52,085 nt of DNA from Pseudomonadota bacterium (lineage in GTDB: Bacteria; Pseudomonadota; Alphaproteobacteria; RF32; CAG-239): contig CAKJXZ020000032.1 in the NCBI GenBank assembly GCA_918234285.1, forward strand, positions 1-52,085. The letters run 5' to 3'. This document shows, piece by piece, positions 10,180-19,895 of the stretch. A model generated the notes under the pieces. That model was not told the DNA's origin. It did no database searches and was given only the letters and a program-made list of their open reading frames with translations. The number at the start of each line of letters is the position of its first letter. The stretch's first letter is position 1. The translations under genes were made by a program, and so were the position numbers.

Positions 10180-11324
10180 TACTTGGCTCCGAACAAAAAG
10201 TATTTAACATTGGTCCAAAATCTGCCCCAAAGTCCGACTTTTTGTACGTCTGCGGCTGCAACCAACGGTACTTCCAACGCGCTCTGTCCTTCGGCTTCAA
10301 TCTTTAATGTGCCAATTTTATCGCCGGCCTTAATCGGTGCCTTAACCGGCTCGTCAAATTCCGCCGTAGCTTTCACGTTATCTTTCTGACTGCCGTGCAC
10401 GGTTTTGATTACGTCGTTTTCAACCGTCAGGTCAACGGTTTTATCCTTGCCGTACCAAACTTTGGCCGTTGCCACGCTCTGACCTTTTTCAAACAGCTTA
10501 TAGTTGGAAAATTCGCGGAAACCCCAACTCATCAAACGTTCACTTTCTTCCGAACGCTCTTTGTTGCTGCCCATACCGCTCATAACCTCAATCAGGCGCC
10601 GATCGCCTTTGGTGGCCGAAGCCGCCAGACAAAATCCGGCTTCTTCCGTATGTCCGGTCTTCAGCCCGTCAGCGCCGCTCATCGTGTATAACAGCGGATT
10701 ACGGTTACCCTGTTTTATGTTGTTGTAAACAAACTCTTTTTCCTTAAAATAATGGTATAAATCCGGAAATTCTTTGATAATATGGCGCGATAAAATTGCC
10801 AAATCTTCAACCGACATTCTCTGATCCGGATGCGGTAAACCGGTGGAATTGGCAAAACTGCTGTTACTCAACCCGAGTTCTTCCGCGGTTTTATTCATCA
10901 GCTCGGCAAAATCTTCTTCCGAACCGGAAATATTTTCGGCCACCACGATACAAGCATCATTACCTGATTGAATAACAATCCCTTTGATGATGTTTTCAAC
11001 ACTGACATTATCGCCGATAGATAAAAACATGGTAGAACCGCCGGTAGCCGCACCGCCTTTACGCCACGCATTTTCGCTTACGGAAAACGTATCATCGAGT
11101 TTGATACTGCCGTCTTTTATTTTGCTCATCAAAATATAAACCGTCATCAACTTGCTCATGGAAGCAGGCGGTACCGGTTCTTTAATATTCTTCTCAAACA
11201 GATATTCGCCGGTATCATAGTCCATTAAAATAGCATTACGCGCCGCCGTTTCATAAGCATTTGCTTCAAATCCGCACAGCAAAGCCGCTGCCAAAATTCC
11301 CAAACCGTATTTATTCACTCTCAT
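10179..11324 (-). CDS. dacA: D-alanyl-D-alanine carboxypeptidase (PBP5/6)
   Basis: PASMSKLMT (SxxK), SGND (SxN), KTG; signal peptide. Confidence 0.96.
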   Translation of the reverse strand: MRVNKYGLGILAAALLCGFEANAYETAARNAILMDYDTGEYLFEKNIKEPVPPASMSKLMTVYILMSKIKDGSIKLDDTFSVSENAWRKGGAATGGSTMFLSIGDNVSVENIIKGIVIQSGNDACIVVAENISGSEEDFAELMNKTAEELGLSNSSFANSTGLPHPDQRMSVEDLAILSRHIIKEFPDLYHYFKEKEFVYNNIKQGNRNPLLYTMSGADGLKTGHTEEAGFCLAASATKGDRRLIEVMSGMGSNKERSEESERLMSWGFREFSNYKLFEKGQSVATAKVWYGKDKTVDLTVENDVIKTVHGSQKDNVKATAEFDEPVKAPIKAGDKIGTLKIEAEGQSALEVPLVAAADVQKVGLWGRFWTNVKYFLFGAK

Positions 11325-11332
11325 AATCTCTC

Positions 11333-12457
11333 CTATTTTTGCTCTATAACCGTGTCTTTAAAACCATAATATTTAATCTTTGCCTGCGCCACCTGAGCTT
11401 CTTCCCGTCGACTATACGGTCCCATCGATACGCGATAATATTTGGTACCGTCTTTGGTATACGGTACAATATGTCCGCTGCCGTATTCCTTCAGGCGTAC
11501 GAGTTGTTGATGCGCCAAAGCATAGTTACTGAACGCACCGGTATGAATATAATAATATCCTTTCAGATATTGATAGGTATTGGAGGTTGAGGCCTTAGTG
11601 CTTTCCTTTTTCGGGTCAGCCGCCGCCGTACCGTAAATTCCCTTATTTTCGGCGGTTTTCACCTCCGCCGGATTCATCACGCCGATTGTCCCCGATTTGA
11701 CCTCGCCGCTGGCCGAAGCCGCACTGCCGTATGCTACCGGCTCTGCGGTTTGTCCGGTCGGTTTATAATTCCCGGTTGCGACTTTTTTACCGCCGGATTC
11801 AGCATATATTGCCGCTTCGTCGGCTTTTTGTACTTCGGCCGAAATTTTACGCCGTTCTTCCGACGACTCATACAACGAATGAGCCGGCTCCTGCACGATA
11901 TCCGGAGCGGCGGTACTCACTTTGCCGGTCAGCATGGCTTCTTTAAGCTCTTTACTTTCTTTGGCCATAATTTCCACCCGCACCCGAGTTGTTCCCTGCC
12001 CCATATATCCGAGCAGTTGCGCTCCGCGTTTGGATAAATCGATAATCCGGTCTTTAACATATGGTCCGCGGTCGTTTACCCGCAAAACCACCGAGCGTCC
12101 GTTCTGCAAATTGGTAACTTTAACAATACTCGGCAACGGCAAAGTGCGGTGTGCCGCCGTCAGAGTGTTCATATTATAACGCTCACCGTTGGCGGTTTTT
12201 TTGCCGTTAAAATCCTCGCCGTACCACGAAGCCATACCTTCTTCTTTGTAATTATAATCTTCTTTCGGATAATACCACCGACCGGCTACCTTATACGGAT
12301 TACCCACCTTATAAATTCCGCCGTAGTCTTTGATTATCCGTGCCTGTGCCTCCGGCGACATTCCGGAAAGTTCCGGAGTTCCGGTGGTACACGAGCTCAA
12401 CAGCGACATAATACCGCAAAGCAATAAAATATGTTTTAATAAACTTTTTGTATCCAT
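11333..12457 (-). CDS. rlpA: Septal ring lytic transglycosylase RlpA with C-terminal SPOR domain (lipoprotein)
   Basis: Lipobox LSSC, ASWYG, TAAHRTLPLPS, RVNDRGP; SPOR-like GAFS...YRV.MGP. Confidence 0.96.
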   Translation of the reverse strand: MDTKSLLKHILLLCGIMSLLSSCTTGTPELSGMSPEAQARIIKDYGGIYKVGNPYKVAGRWYYPKEDYNYKEEGMASWYGEDFNGKKTANGERYNMNTLTAAHRTLPLPSIVKVTNLQNGRSVVLRVNDRGPYVKDRIIDLSKRGAQLLGYMGQGTTRVRVEIMAKESKELKEAMLTGKVSTAAPDIVQEPAHSLYESSEERRKISAEVQKADEAAIYAESGGKKVATGNYKPTGQTAEPVAYGSAASASGEVKSGTIGVMNPAEVKTAENKGIYGTAAADPKKESTKASTSNTYQYLKGYYYIHTGAFSNYALAHQQLVRLKEYGSGHIVPYTKDGTKYYRVSMGPYSRREEAQVAQAKIKYYGFKDTVIEQK

Positions 12458-12519
12458 CTCTTATCCAACAGTAAATTTTCCTCACCCACCAAGGGCTCTT
12501 CTCTAAACATAATTATTGT

Positions 12520-13815
12520 TTATTTGGTCCGCGATTTTTTGGTCGGAACCGGAACTTTAAAACCGTGACCGGCATCATAGTTTTGAATTTTATTCAAGAG
12601 CCGATAATCAGGATATCCGTCTTCCGGCAACCGGGCTTTATGTTGCAAAAACTTGACGCATTCGCGGGTTTGCGGCCCTAAACGCCCGTCCTCTTTTATT
12701 TTCTTTGAAGCTATCTTATTATAGAACTTCTGAATTTGCAAAATCTCGTCGCTGTTCATGGTGTATTGTTGCTCAGCCGTCAGCGGCGTCCATTTTTTAT
12801 TGTCATCGGCAATATAATCGGCCAACGTTACAACAGCAATCGCATAATTATCTGAGCGGTTCCAAATCATCACCCGATTAAAGTTGGAGAACACCATATA
12901 CGCCGGACCTTTTCTGCCGTCAGGCAAAATTATTGCCGCCTTCATATCGTCGTCATACGGCAATTTAGAGCCGGCATAAGTAGTTACCCCGAGTTTTTTC
13001 CACTCGCTGATTTTCTTGGTATTTTTGCGACCGGTATCTTTTAAGTCAAAATCCCATGGCAACTGAATCCGCATTCCCCACGGCTCGTCATGTTTCCACC
13101 CGAGTTTAGTCAAATAATTCTCGGCCGAAGCCATGGCATCCGGAAAAGAGTTCCAAATATCTGGCACTTTATCGCCGTCATAATCAACCGCATAATTGTT
13201 GTAGGTTGAAGGCATAAACTGGAAGTGCCCCATCGCACCGGCCCACGAACCCATCATCTTATCTTCGCTCAAGTTGGTTTTATCCATTATTTTCAACACA
13301 TTATACAATTCTGATTTAAAAAATTCGGAACGGCGATTTTTATAACTCAAATTGGTCAAACTATCAATAAGATTATGCTTGCCTTTGTTTTGCCCAAAAT
13401 TGGTTTCAACCCCCCAAAATGCCACGATATAGTTAAACGGAACATTATATTCCTCTTCCATTTTGGCATATTTTTTCTTGATATCTTTATAATGTTTGCG
13501 CCCTTCTTGAACCCGTTGTTTATTAACCAAACGATTGACATAGGTACAGGTTGTCAGCACAAATTCGGCCTGTTTTTTATCTTGTTTAACCACATCAGGG
13601 GCTTTATGATAATAGTTTTTCCCCTTATAAGCCTTATCCAGAGTTTTTTGCGAAATTCCCTTGGCCAGCATTTCCCGTTGCAGGTTTTGGATAAACTTAT
13701 TCCATTCCGCCGGAGGCTCATCCGTATTTTGCGGCGTTGCTGCACAGGCCGGTGTATTTATGAGCGCCCCCAACAAAACAAAAATGTAAAATATGTGGTA
13801 AAAAGTCTTTTTCAT
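12520..13815 (-). CDS. mltB: Lytic murein transglycosylase (SltB/MltB family) with C-terminal PG-binding domain
   Basis: WGVETNFG, GSWAGAMGHFQFMPS, WNRS..YA, DGRLGPQTR. Confidence 0.95.
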   Translation of the reverse strand: MKKTFYHIFYIFVLLGALINTPACAATPQNTDEPPAEWNKFIQNLQREMLAKGISQKTLDKAYKGKNYYHKAPDVVKQDKKQAEFVLTTCTYVNRLVNKQRVQEGRKHYKDIKKKYAKMEEEYNVPFNYIVAFWGVETNFGQNKGKHNLIDSLTNLSYKNRRSEFFKSELYNVLKIMDKTNLSEDKMMGSWAGAMGHFQFMPSTYNNYAVDYDGDKVPDIWNSFPDAMASAENYLTKLGWKHDEPWGMRIQLPWDFDLKDTGRKNTKKISEWKKLGVTTYAGSKLPYDDDMKAAIILPDGRKGPAYMVFSNFNRVMIWNRSDNYAIAVVTLADYIADDNKKWTPLTAEQQYTMNSDEILQIQKFYNKIASKKIKEDGRLGPQTRECVKFLQHKARLPEDGYPDYRLLNKIQNYDAGHGFKVPVPTKKSRTK

Positions 13816-13885
13816 AAGCTCCTCTATTTATTCCTAAGCGGTTATTCTAAGACAAATAAATTTTAAAGCTATTAAAACCACATAA

Positions 13886-13917
13886 TTATCCCCTGTTATA
13901 TTGCACACAGGGGATAA
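13886..13917. terminator. Hairpin downstream of the lipoprotein gene
   Basis: TTATCCCCTGT / ACAGGGGATAA perfect 11-bp inverted repeat; no clear U-tract on the minus strand. Confidence 0.55.
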
Positions 13918-13938
13918 AAAAATATCTGATAAATAGAA

Positions 13939-14598
13939 TTATTCCAAATTAGTTTGCAACGTATCGATTATTGCCTTGTTAACAATCGAATCTTTCAAAG
14001 TATCCGTTTTATTTATAACGGTATCTTTAGCAGCAACGCTGTCAACCGGCGCAACACTTTCCGGAGCCGGAGTTTCTTCCGTTTTCATCACAATCGGTTT
14101 TTTCGCGGGTTTGTTTTGCGGCAAAACCAATCTTACCGCACGTTTGCCGGTGTATTTATCTAAATTTGCATCACTGACGATTATAATTTTATGACCTTCC
14201 AGAAAAAGCCCGCATCCGCCGTTTTTGCTCATAATGGCATTATTGGCATCAACCTGCACATAACTCGGCTCATCGCCATCGTTTAGATATACGCGTCGCA
14301 GCGTGCTTACCGACATATCGGCATCATATCCGCTGTTTGATACTCCGTGTGTCACTACCCATCTGTCTTTCAAGCGATTGCCCTCGCCGTCAAATACCGG
14401 AATATCCACTTGCGAAAGAGTAACATTGGTGCCGTAATAATCCTTTACCTCCACCGGAGTCGGATCTAACAACCCTCCGCTCTTGCTATCATTGGAATTA
14501 CCCTTAAACGCCTTACTGCACCCCGTCGGTAACAACATCATGGTCGCCAACAATATCGGACCGAATGCCTGTTTGAAATGTTTTTCTTTAAAAGTCAT
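13939..14598 (-). CDS. Hypothetical lipoprotein
   Basis: Basic N-terminus, hydrophobic stretch, LPTGC lipobox-like motif; GAGG before ATG 14598 (ORF extends to 14610); own promoter. Confidence 0.75.
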   Translation of the reverse strand: MTFKEKHFKQAFGPILLATMMLLPTGCSKAFKGNSNDSKSGGLLDPTPVEVKDYYGTNVTLSQVDIPVFDGEGNRLKDRWVVTHGVSNSGYDADMSVSTLRRVYLNDGDEPSYVQVDANNAIMSKNGGCGLFLEGHKIIIVSDANLDKYTGKRAVRLVLPQNKPAKKPIVMKTEETPAPESVAPVDSVAAKDTVINKTDTLKDSIVNKAIIDTLQTNLE

Positions 14599-14626
14599 TT
14601 TCAACCTCATTTTTAATATTGTCTAA

Positions 14627-14655
14627 AATATAACACACACTCTTGTTTTTGTCAA
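14627..14655 (-). promoter_or_regulatory. Sigma70-like promoter
   Basis: TTGACA-17 nt-TATATT on the minus strand. Confidence 0.7.
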
Positions 14656-14740
14656 CATTGTTTTCAAAAATATTGTATAAGCACACAAAAATAATTGCAT
14701 CAAAAATTATAACGCTTAATATACACAATCATGAAAAAGG

Positions 14741-15982
14741 ATGGATAATATGCTTAATATTCTGTGGACTTCGTTTTTTTTAATCAGTTTCATTGCCGCG
14801 GTTGTGCAAAGCCTTTGGCTCGGAAATGCCGGAATTTGGAGCGAAATCAGTAATCAGCTGTTTGCCGCCGCCACTAATGCTTTCCAACTGGCACTCAATC
14901 TTACCGGTATGCTCTGCTTATGGCTCGGCTTGCTCAAAATCGCCGAAAAGTCCGGCTTGACCGAGCTGTTGGCTAAAGCACTGCGTCCGCTGTTCAAAGT
15001 GATTATGCCGGAAGTCCCGGCCGACAGCCCGGCCATCGGCTCGATTGTGATGAATATGGCCGCCAATATTTTAGGACTCGATAATGCCGCCACCCCGATG
15101 GGATTGAAGGCTATGGAACAGCTGCAGAAAAATAATCCCAAAAAAGACGAAGCTTCCAATGCCGAAATTATGTTTATCGTCATCAATGCCTCGGCAATTA
15201 CGGTTTTGCCTATTTCGATTTTAATGTATCGGCATCTGCAGGGTTCGGCTAATCCGAGTGCGGTGTTCGTACCGATTTTGCTGGCCACTTCCTGCTCTAC
15301 CATTGCCGGCTTTTTGGCGGTAGCGTTGGTGCAAAAACTTAAGATTTTCAACCGCACGGTTTTGGCGTATTTACTCGGCTTTGCGGCACTGGTTGGCGGA
15401 ATGTGTGCTTATTTTTATCATCTGTCGCCGGAAGCGCGTTTGCAATACTCAGAAACTTGTGGTAATGCTTTAATTTTATTCTTTATCTTTTTGTTTTTAC
15501 TTGTAGGTTTTATTAAGAAACTAAATCTTTATGAAACCTTTATCGAGGGTGCCAAAGAAGGCTTTCAGATTGCCGTACAGATTATTCCGTATTTGGTGGC
15601 CATGCTGACGGCGATTGCGGTTTTGCGTTATTCCGGTGTTTTGGACGGTGTAGTCTGGTGCTTTGGTAAGTTTTTTGAGTGGCTCGGAGTTGATACCGGC
15701 TTTATTCCGGCCTTACCGACCGCACTAATGAAGCCGCTTTCCGGCAACGGTGCTCGCGCCATGATGCTCGAAACCATGCAAAACTACGGTGCCGACAGTT
15801 TTCCGGCGTTTGTATCATCGGTAATGCAGGGTTCGACCGAAACCACATTATATGTAATCGCTCTCTATTTCGGCGCGGTTAAAATCGCCAAAACCCGCCA
15901 CGCCGTACCGTGCGCTCTGTTTGCCGACTTTGTGGGAATTACGGCAGCAATTGTATTCTCGTATTTATTCTATGAGGGTTAA
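14741..15982 (+). CDS. spmAB: Fused SpmA/SpmB nucleoside-recognition (gate) membrane protein
   Basis: NMAANILGLDNAATPMGLKAM, KPLSG.GAR, QGSTETT.YV.ALYFG. Confidence 0.93.
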   Translation: MDNMLNILWTSFFLISFIAAVVQSLWLGNAGIWSEISNQLFAAATNAFQLALNLTGMLCLWLGLLKIAEKSGLTELLAKALRPLFKVIMPEVPADSPAIGSIVMNMAANILGLDNAATPMGLKAMEQLQKNNPKKDEASNAEIMFIVINASAITVLPISILMYRHLQGSANPSAVFVPILLATSCSTIAGFLAVALVQKLKIFNRTVLAYLLGFAALVGGMCAYFYHLSPEARLQYSETCGNALILFFIFLFLLVGFIKKLNLYETFIEGAKEGFQIAVQIIPYLVAMLTAIAVLRYSGVLDGVVWCFGKFFEWLGVDTGFIPALPTALMKPLSGNGARAMMLETMQNYGADSFPAFVSSVMQGSTETTLYVIALYFGAVKIAKTRHAVPCALFADFVGITAAIVFSYLFYEG

Positions 15983-15984
15983 AG

Positions 15985-16425
15985 ATGAAAGTTTTGGTGC
16001 AAAAAGTATTATCGGCTTCGGTTACGGTGGAAAATCAGGTTGTAGCACAGATTGGCAGCGGATTTTTATTATTCATCGGAGTAGAAAAAGGCGATACGAC
16101 AGATAAAGCCGATTATTTAGCAAAGAAAGTAGCAAATTTCCGTATTTTCAATGATAAAGATGATAAAATGAATTTATCACTTCAAGATGTTGACGGCGAA
16201 ATTTTAGCAGTATCGCAATTTACCCTGGCCGCTGATTTAAGCCGCGGCAACCGCCCGGGATTTGATACGGCAGCCGCACCGCAAGAAGCCGAGCCGCTGT
16301 ATGAATACTTTGTGCAAAAACTGCGCGAATATAATATTCCCGTGCAAACCGGCGTTTTCCAGGCCTATATGCAAGTGGCTCTCGTCAACGACGGCCCTTG
16401 CACCTTTATTTTACAAAAGGCTTAA
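15985..16425 (+). CDS. dtd: D-aminoacyl-tRNA deacylase
   Basis: SQFTL, GNRPGF, TGVFQA.M.V.LVNDGP.T. Confidence 0.97.
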   Translation: MKVLVQKVLSASVTVENQVVAQIGSGFLLFIGVEKGDTTDKADYLAKKVANFRIFNDKDDKMNLSLQDVDGEILAVSQFTLAADLSRGNRPGFDTAAAPQEAEPLYEYFVQKLREYNIPVQTGVFQAYMQVALVNDGPCTFILQKA

Positions 16426-16465
16426 GCAAAAAAATTTTTCCGTACCATGTAACACTTTGTTTTGG

Positions 16466-16584
16466 CGTCATCCTGAACGGACACGTCAGTGTCGTCGTGA
16501 AGGATCCAGTGATGCCATGCATCACATCGTTTCCTGAGAAACGATTGGATTCTTCGTTTCGTTAGCACTTTGCTCAGAATGACG
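16466..16584. repeat. RPE/REP-like palindromic cloverleaf element
   Basis: Ends cGTCATCCTGA...TCAGAATGACg; inner stem GAAGGATCCAGT/ATTGGATTCTTC; nested hairpins GACAC/GTGTC, GTGATGC/GCATCAC and ATCGTTTC/GAAACGAT. Confidence 0.85.
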
Positions 16585-16665
16585 TGCATCTTTTTAGCGA
16601 CACTTTTCTTTACTTGTACCTTTATTTTGCAAAGATAATTCTGAACAAAATATCGCAATAAATAA

Positions 16666-18429
16666 TCAGTGATTAATTTTTTGATTAAGTTTTGCATGCA
16701 TAAGCACGGGATTTACGGCCACAGTGTCGGCTTGTGCCACATCGGTGTTCTGCTGACTTGTTTGCACAACATCGTTTTTAGGCGCTGGTGGAAAACGCTC
16801 TGCCATGAAAGCACGGAGCTGCGAAGCCTTTTCTTCTGCCGAAACACCGGCAGTGTCCAATTGTCGCGATAATGCCATATAATCTCGCAGATTTTGATAA
16901 TAGCCTTCCGCATTGTCGACACCAATTCTCAGCAACGCTTTCAAATCATTCATCGACGCACTTGTGAGGTGTTCGTTCGTTTTTATATCGGTATTTATAC
17001 CAGCATAATAATTATTGGTAAGCTCCTCTTGTGTCGCAGGATTATTTTGCGACGCCCCGTGTTCTTCCAAATAAGCACTGAGTAAAGCATTTTCTTCATC
17101 CGTGCGATAGCCGTCTTTATCTACCTGCATTACCAACTCTAAATATGCCATAAGATTCTTGGAATATCGTTCGGCATTGTTGGCATTGTGCATCATCACC
17201 GCTTTTAAGTTAGAGTTGCCGACAACAGGAGCATCTTTTTTTTTATCTTTATCTGATTTATTTAGTTCATAAGCCGGACTAAGCAGACTTTTTTGTAAGT
17301 CTTCATTCAGTTCAAAATCAGGGTTAACATATTGCCGTACATCACCCAAACCTTCTACATATTCAAACATAGCCGCCACCCGTTCATGATAGCGATTAAG
17401 TGAATCTTGAGTGCCGTCTAAAGCAAACATCGTGAGTGTTCTTCCTCTACTTTTGGCCTGCTCGGAGTACGTTGTTCCCGGACGATTATTTTTTTTCAGC
17501 CATTGTTCATACACATAGGTCGCAACATAACCCTCCGGATTCTCCATCTGCGGGTTTTGTTGTAACTTATCTTTCACTTCACTCATATCTATGCCTAGTT
17601 TATCAAAATACTCCAAATTACCGGTAGCTTTATACACATCAAGTGCTAATCCGGCTTCAGCCATATTGGATTTAATTTCATTAAGCATATTTAATTTGGA
17701 CATATATTGCGGCGGTAGGTCATATTGAGAGGTACCGCCATACCTGTCAGTAAATGTGTGAGACATCTCGTGCACGGATATCGATTGTATCCGTGCAAAA
17801 TTATTCTTTTCATCAAAAAATTTCTTATTATTTTCTAACTCCTCAGGGGTAGGATTATATTCAGCGATATATTTATCGTAATTTTCCGAACTTATGGTAG
17901 GTACCCTTATTTTGATATTACCGGTAGACACCGAAGATGAACCTCCTATTCCATCATAAACAGTTTCAGTTTCATCTTCTGCATTTAACCATTCATAATA
18001 ATCATCTTTTACGATTTGTACTGAAATCATAGTATTATTTTGATTTAAGACTCCAAATCTCTCTAACCTATCCTCAAGCAATAATTCATTATAGTACTTT
18101 GAATAATCATAAAAATACTCACGTTGAATCGGATGATAACTGATTTCATCACCCACGTAGTAGATATTATCATTTGTATCGGTGTCAAGTTTATCCCAAC
18201 TGTATAAATAACTCCTTTTACCATCTTCTTTGATTTCCAAATATCGATATGCTGTTTGCGCTAAGGTAAAAGAATCACTTTCCGCATCGTATTTAATATC
18301 GAAGCCATACTTATTCAAAAGACGTGTATCGTTAGGAACAGGTATGCCCTTAGTAGCCGTTTCCTCGGCAGTTGTCTCCGATGCAACGACTGCGGCATTT
18401 TCTTCCGTATTTTCCGGTTCAGCTGTCAT
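16666..18429 (-). CDS. Hypothetical protein with zincin HExxH motif
   Basis: 587-aa ORF with GGAG RBS and own promoter; VHEMSH...NEIKS; C-terminal two-copy repeat. Confidence 0.8.
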   Translation of the reverse strand: MTAEPENTEENAAVVASETTAEETATKGIPVPNDTRLLNKYGFDIKYDAESDSFTLAQTAYRYLEIKEDGKRSYLYSWDKLDTDTNDNIYYVGDEISYHPIQREYFYDYSKYYNELLLEDRLERFGVLNQNNTMISVQIVKDDYYEWLNAEDETETVYDGIGGSSSVSTGNIKIRVPTISSENYDKYIAEYNPTPEELENNKKFFDEKNNFARIQSISVHEMSHTFTDRYGGTSQYDLPPQYMSKLNMLNEIKSNMAEAGLALDVYKATGNLEYFDKLGIDMSEVKDKLQQNPQMENPEGYVATYVYEQWLKKNNRPGTTYSEQAKSRGRTLTMFALDGTQDSLNRYHERVAAMFEYVEGLGDVRQYVNPDFELNEDLQKSLLSPAYELNKSDKDKKKDAPVVGNSNLKAVMMHNANNAERYSKNLMAYLELVMQVDKDGYRTDEENALLSAYLEEHGASQNNPATQEELTNNYYAGINTDIKTNEHLTSASMNDLKALLRIGVDNAEGYYQNLRDYMALSRQLDTAGVSAEEKASQLRAFMAERFPPAPKNDVVQTSQQNTDVAQADTVAVNPVLMHAKLNQKINH

Positions 18430-18459
18430 AACTATACTCCGATTACATTTAATGCTTTA

Positions 18460-18488
18460 AGTCTATCTTATTTCCCCCTTTTTGTCAA
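18460..18488 (-). promoter_or_regulatory. Sigma70-like promoter
   Basis: TTGACA-17 nt-TAGACT. Confidence 0.7.
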
Positions 18489-18545
18489 GTACTTTTGCTT
18501 ATTCAGATACTTTCCGAATATTTTATCATACACCTTAAAAACCGC

Positions 18546-18573
18546 TTGACAACTTATACAAAAAAGATAAAAT
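18546..18573 (+). promoter_or_regulatory. Sigma70-like promoter
   Basis: TTGACA-16 nt-TAAAAT. Confidence 0.7.
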
Positions 18574-18618
18574 TATTGCAGTTTTATTTATTATTTTTTC
18601 AAATCAAATTATTAGCTT

Positions 18619-19389
18619 ATGATTTTGAACTACATTACTTGTTCCGGGACCAATGAGTTCACGGACATTGAGGGACTTGTGTCTCTGATGAGAGAATTTC
18701 TGCTTGGCGAAATCGCCGTGCAAGTCTCCGCAAAGCAATCGCCTGCCGGCGGTGCGCGGATTGAATGGATTCATGAACTGACCGCCTATTTGCGCGACCA
18801 TCACGTTTCCATCAACGCGGCGCTCCACATCAACCGCGAATGGGTTGAACAACTCTGTCGCGGCATTGTGGTTCCGGAGTTACAAGAGCTTATCGATTTG
18901 CAGGATGTCGACGGCTTACCGTTGTTTAAGCGTCTGCAGTTGAACTTCAAGCTCGGACGCGATGACGTACGCGAGGATTGCGACGAAACTCTGATTGAGT
19001 TGCAACACCGTCTCAAGCGCAAATTCATTCTCTCTTGCAACGAGAGCAACGAGCGTCTGGTGCGCAGGCTTTATTTGCTGGGCTTGCACTTTGATTGCCT
19101 GTATGACTCATCGTTCGGTACGGGTATTACGCCTGTTTCTCGTGAGGCTCCGCTGTTCGCAGACATTCTGCAGGGATATGCCGGCGGTATTAACCCCAGA
19201 AACGTATCCACGGAACTGAGCCGAATTGCCTTTGCGGTAGACCACGCACCGTCCGTCGGTAATATGTACGTCGATGCTCAGAAGGGCCTGGAAGACGAGC
19301 AGTCACACCTATCACTCGATAAGTGCCATCGCTATCTTGCCAATGCCACTTACTGGTACAAGCAGTATCGTTACCTGAGAGGTCATTGA
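18619..19389 (+). CDS. Uncharacterised TIM-barrel protein, phosphoribosylanthranilate isomerase-like
   Basis: ALHIN, RLQLN, LYDSSFGTG and GYAGGINPRNV resemble the TrpF LLD..GGTG / LAGGL.PENV motifs; no trp genes nearby. Confidence 0.7.
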   Translation: MILNYITCSGTNEFTDIEGLVSLMREFLLGEIAVQVSAKQSPAGGARIEWIHELTAYLRDHHVSINAALHINREWVEQLCRGIVVPELQELIDLQDVDGLPLFKRLQLNFKLGRDDVREDCDETLIELQHRLKRKFILSCNESNERLVRRLYLLGLHFDCLYDSSFGTGITPVSREAPLFADILQGYAGGINPRNVSTELSRIAFAVDHAPSVGNMYVDAQKGLEDEQSHLSLDKCHRYLANATYWYKQYRYLRGH

Positions 19390-19414
19390 TTGTTGAACGT
19401 AAAATCAAAAAGCT

Positions 19415-19843
19415 ATGGATTACTTAACCAGTGTTCAATTCTTGGCTTGTTTGCTGATGTCTCTGTCTTGTGTTTTGTTTGTGGGCGTGTTCTTACCGAG
19501 TTGGTTTGTTGCTCATCCGCGTCGCTTTTGGGTGGCTCGGCTGACTTACAAAGATGACAAGGAACAGCAGAGCTTTGTTCGCTTTGTGTGGTTATCTGCC
19601 TGGATGACGGCTTTAATCGGTTCGTATGTTTGGCTTATTACACTGCCAATGAGCAATGCCCTGTTGGAAATGGCACAAGTAATCTGGGGTATTTTCCTCG
19701 TATGGATTATTGCCAAAGCTTTCGTAGCGTTGTGTATTTTACTGCAGTATACCTGTCTTGCTCTTATCCGGCTCAAAAACTGGATATTCCATAACAAGCC
19801 GCTGTTTGTTAAATACGAAAAGTTGCATTCGCTTAAGCGTTAA
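19415..19843 (+). CDS. Hypothetical membrane protein
   Basis: 142 aa with about 3 hydrophobic segments; lies between the TIM-barrel gene and a terminator. Confidence 0.75.
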   Translation: MDYLTSVQFLACLLMSLSCVLFVGVFLPSWFVAHPRRFWVARLTYKDDKEQQSFVRFVWLSAWMTALIGSYVWLITLPMSNALLEMAQVIWGIFLVWIIAKAFVALCILLQYTCLALIRLKNWIFHNKPLFVKYEKLHSLKR

Positions 19844-19847
19844 GTAA

Positions 19848-19876
19848 AAAACCGTCGGTTAACTACCGGCGGTTTT
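19848..19876. terminator. Bidirectional intrinsic terminator
   Basis: AAAACCGTCGGT/ACCGGCGGTTTT between convergent genes. Confidence 0.85.
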
Positions 19877-19895
19877 CGCTTTTATAATGGGCTAA

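Noticed and set aside
16422-16697. 91-aa minus-strand ORF across the palindromic element
   Set aside because: No RBS, overlaps neighbours at both ends, and is largely a translation of the repeat.
18538-18549. AAAACCGCTTGA shared between this promoter and the hairpin arm at 31510
   Set aside because: A single 12-nt match with an A-run in AT-rich DNA; chance cannot be excluded.
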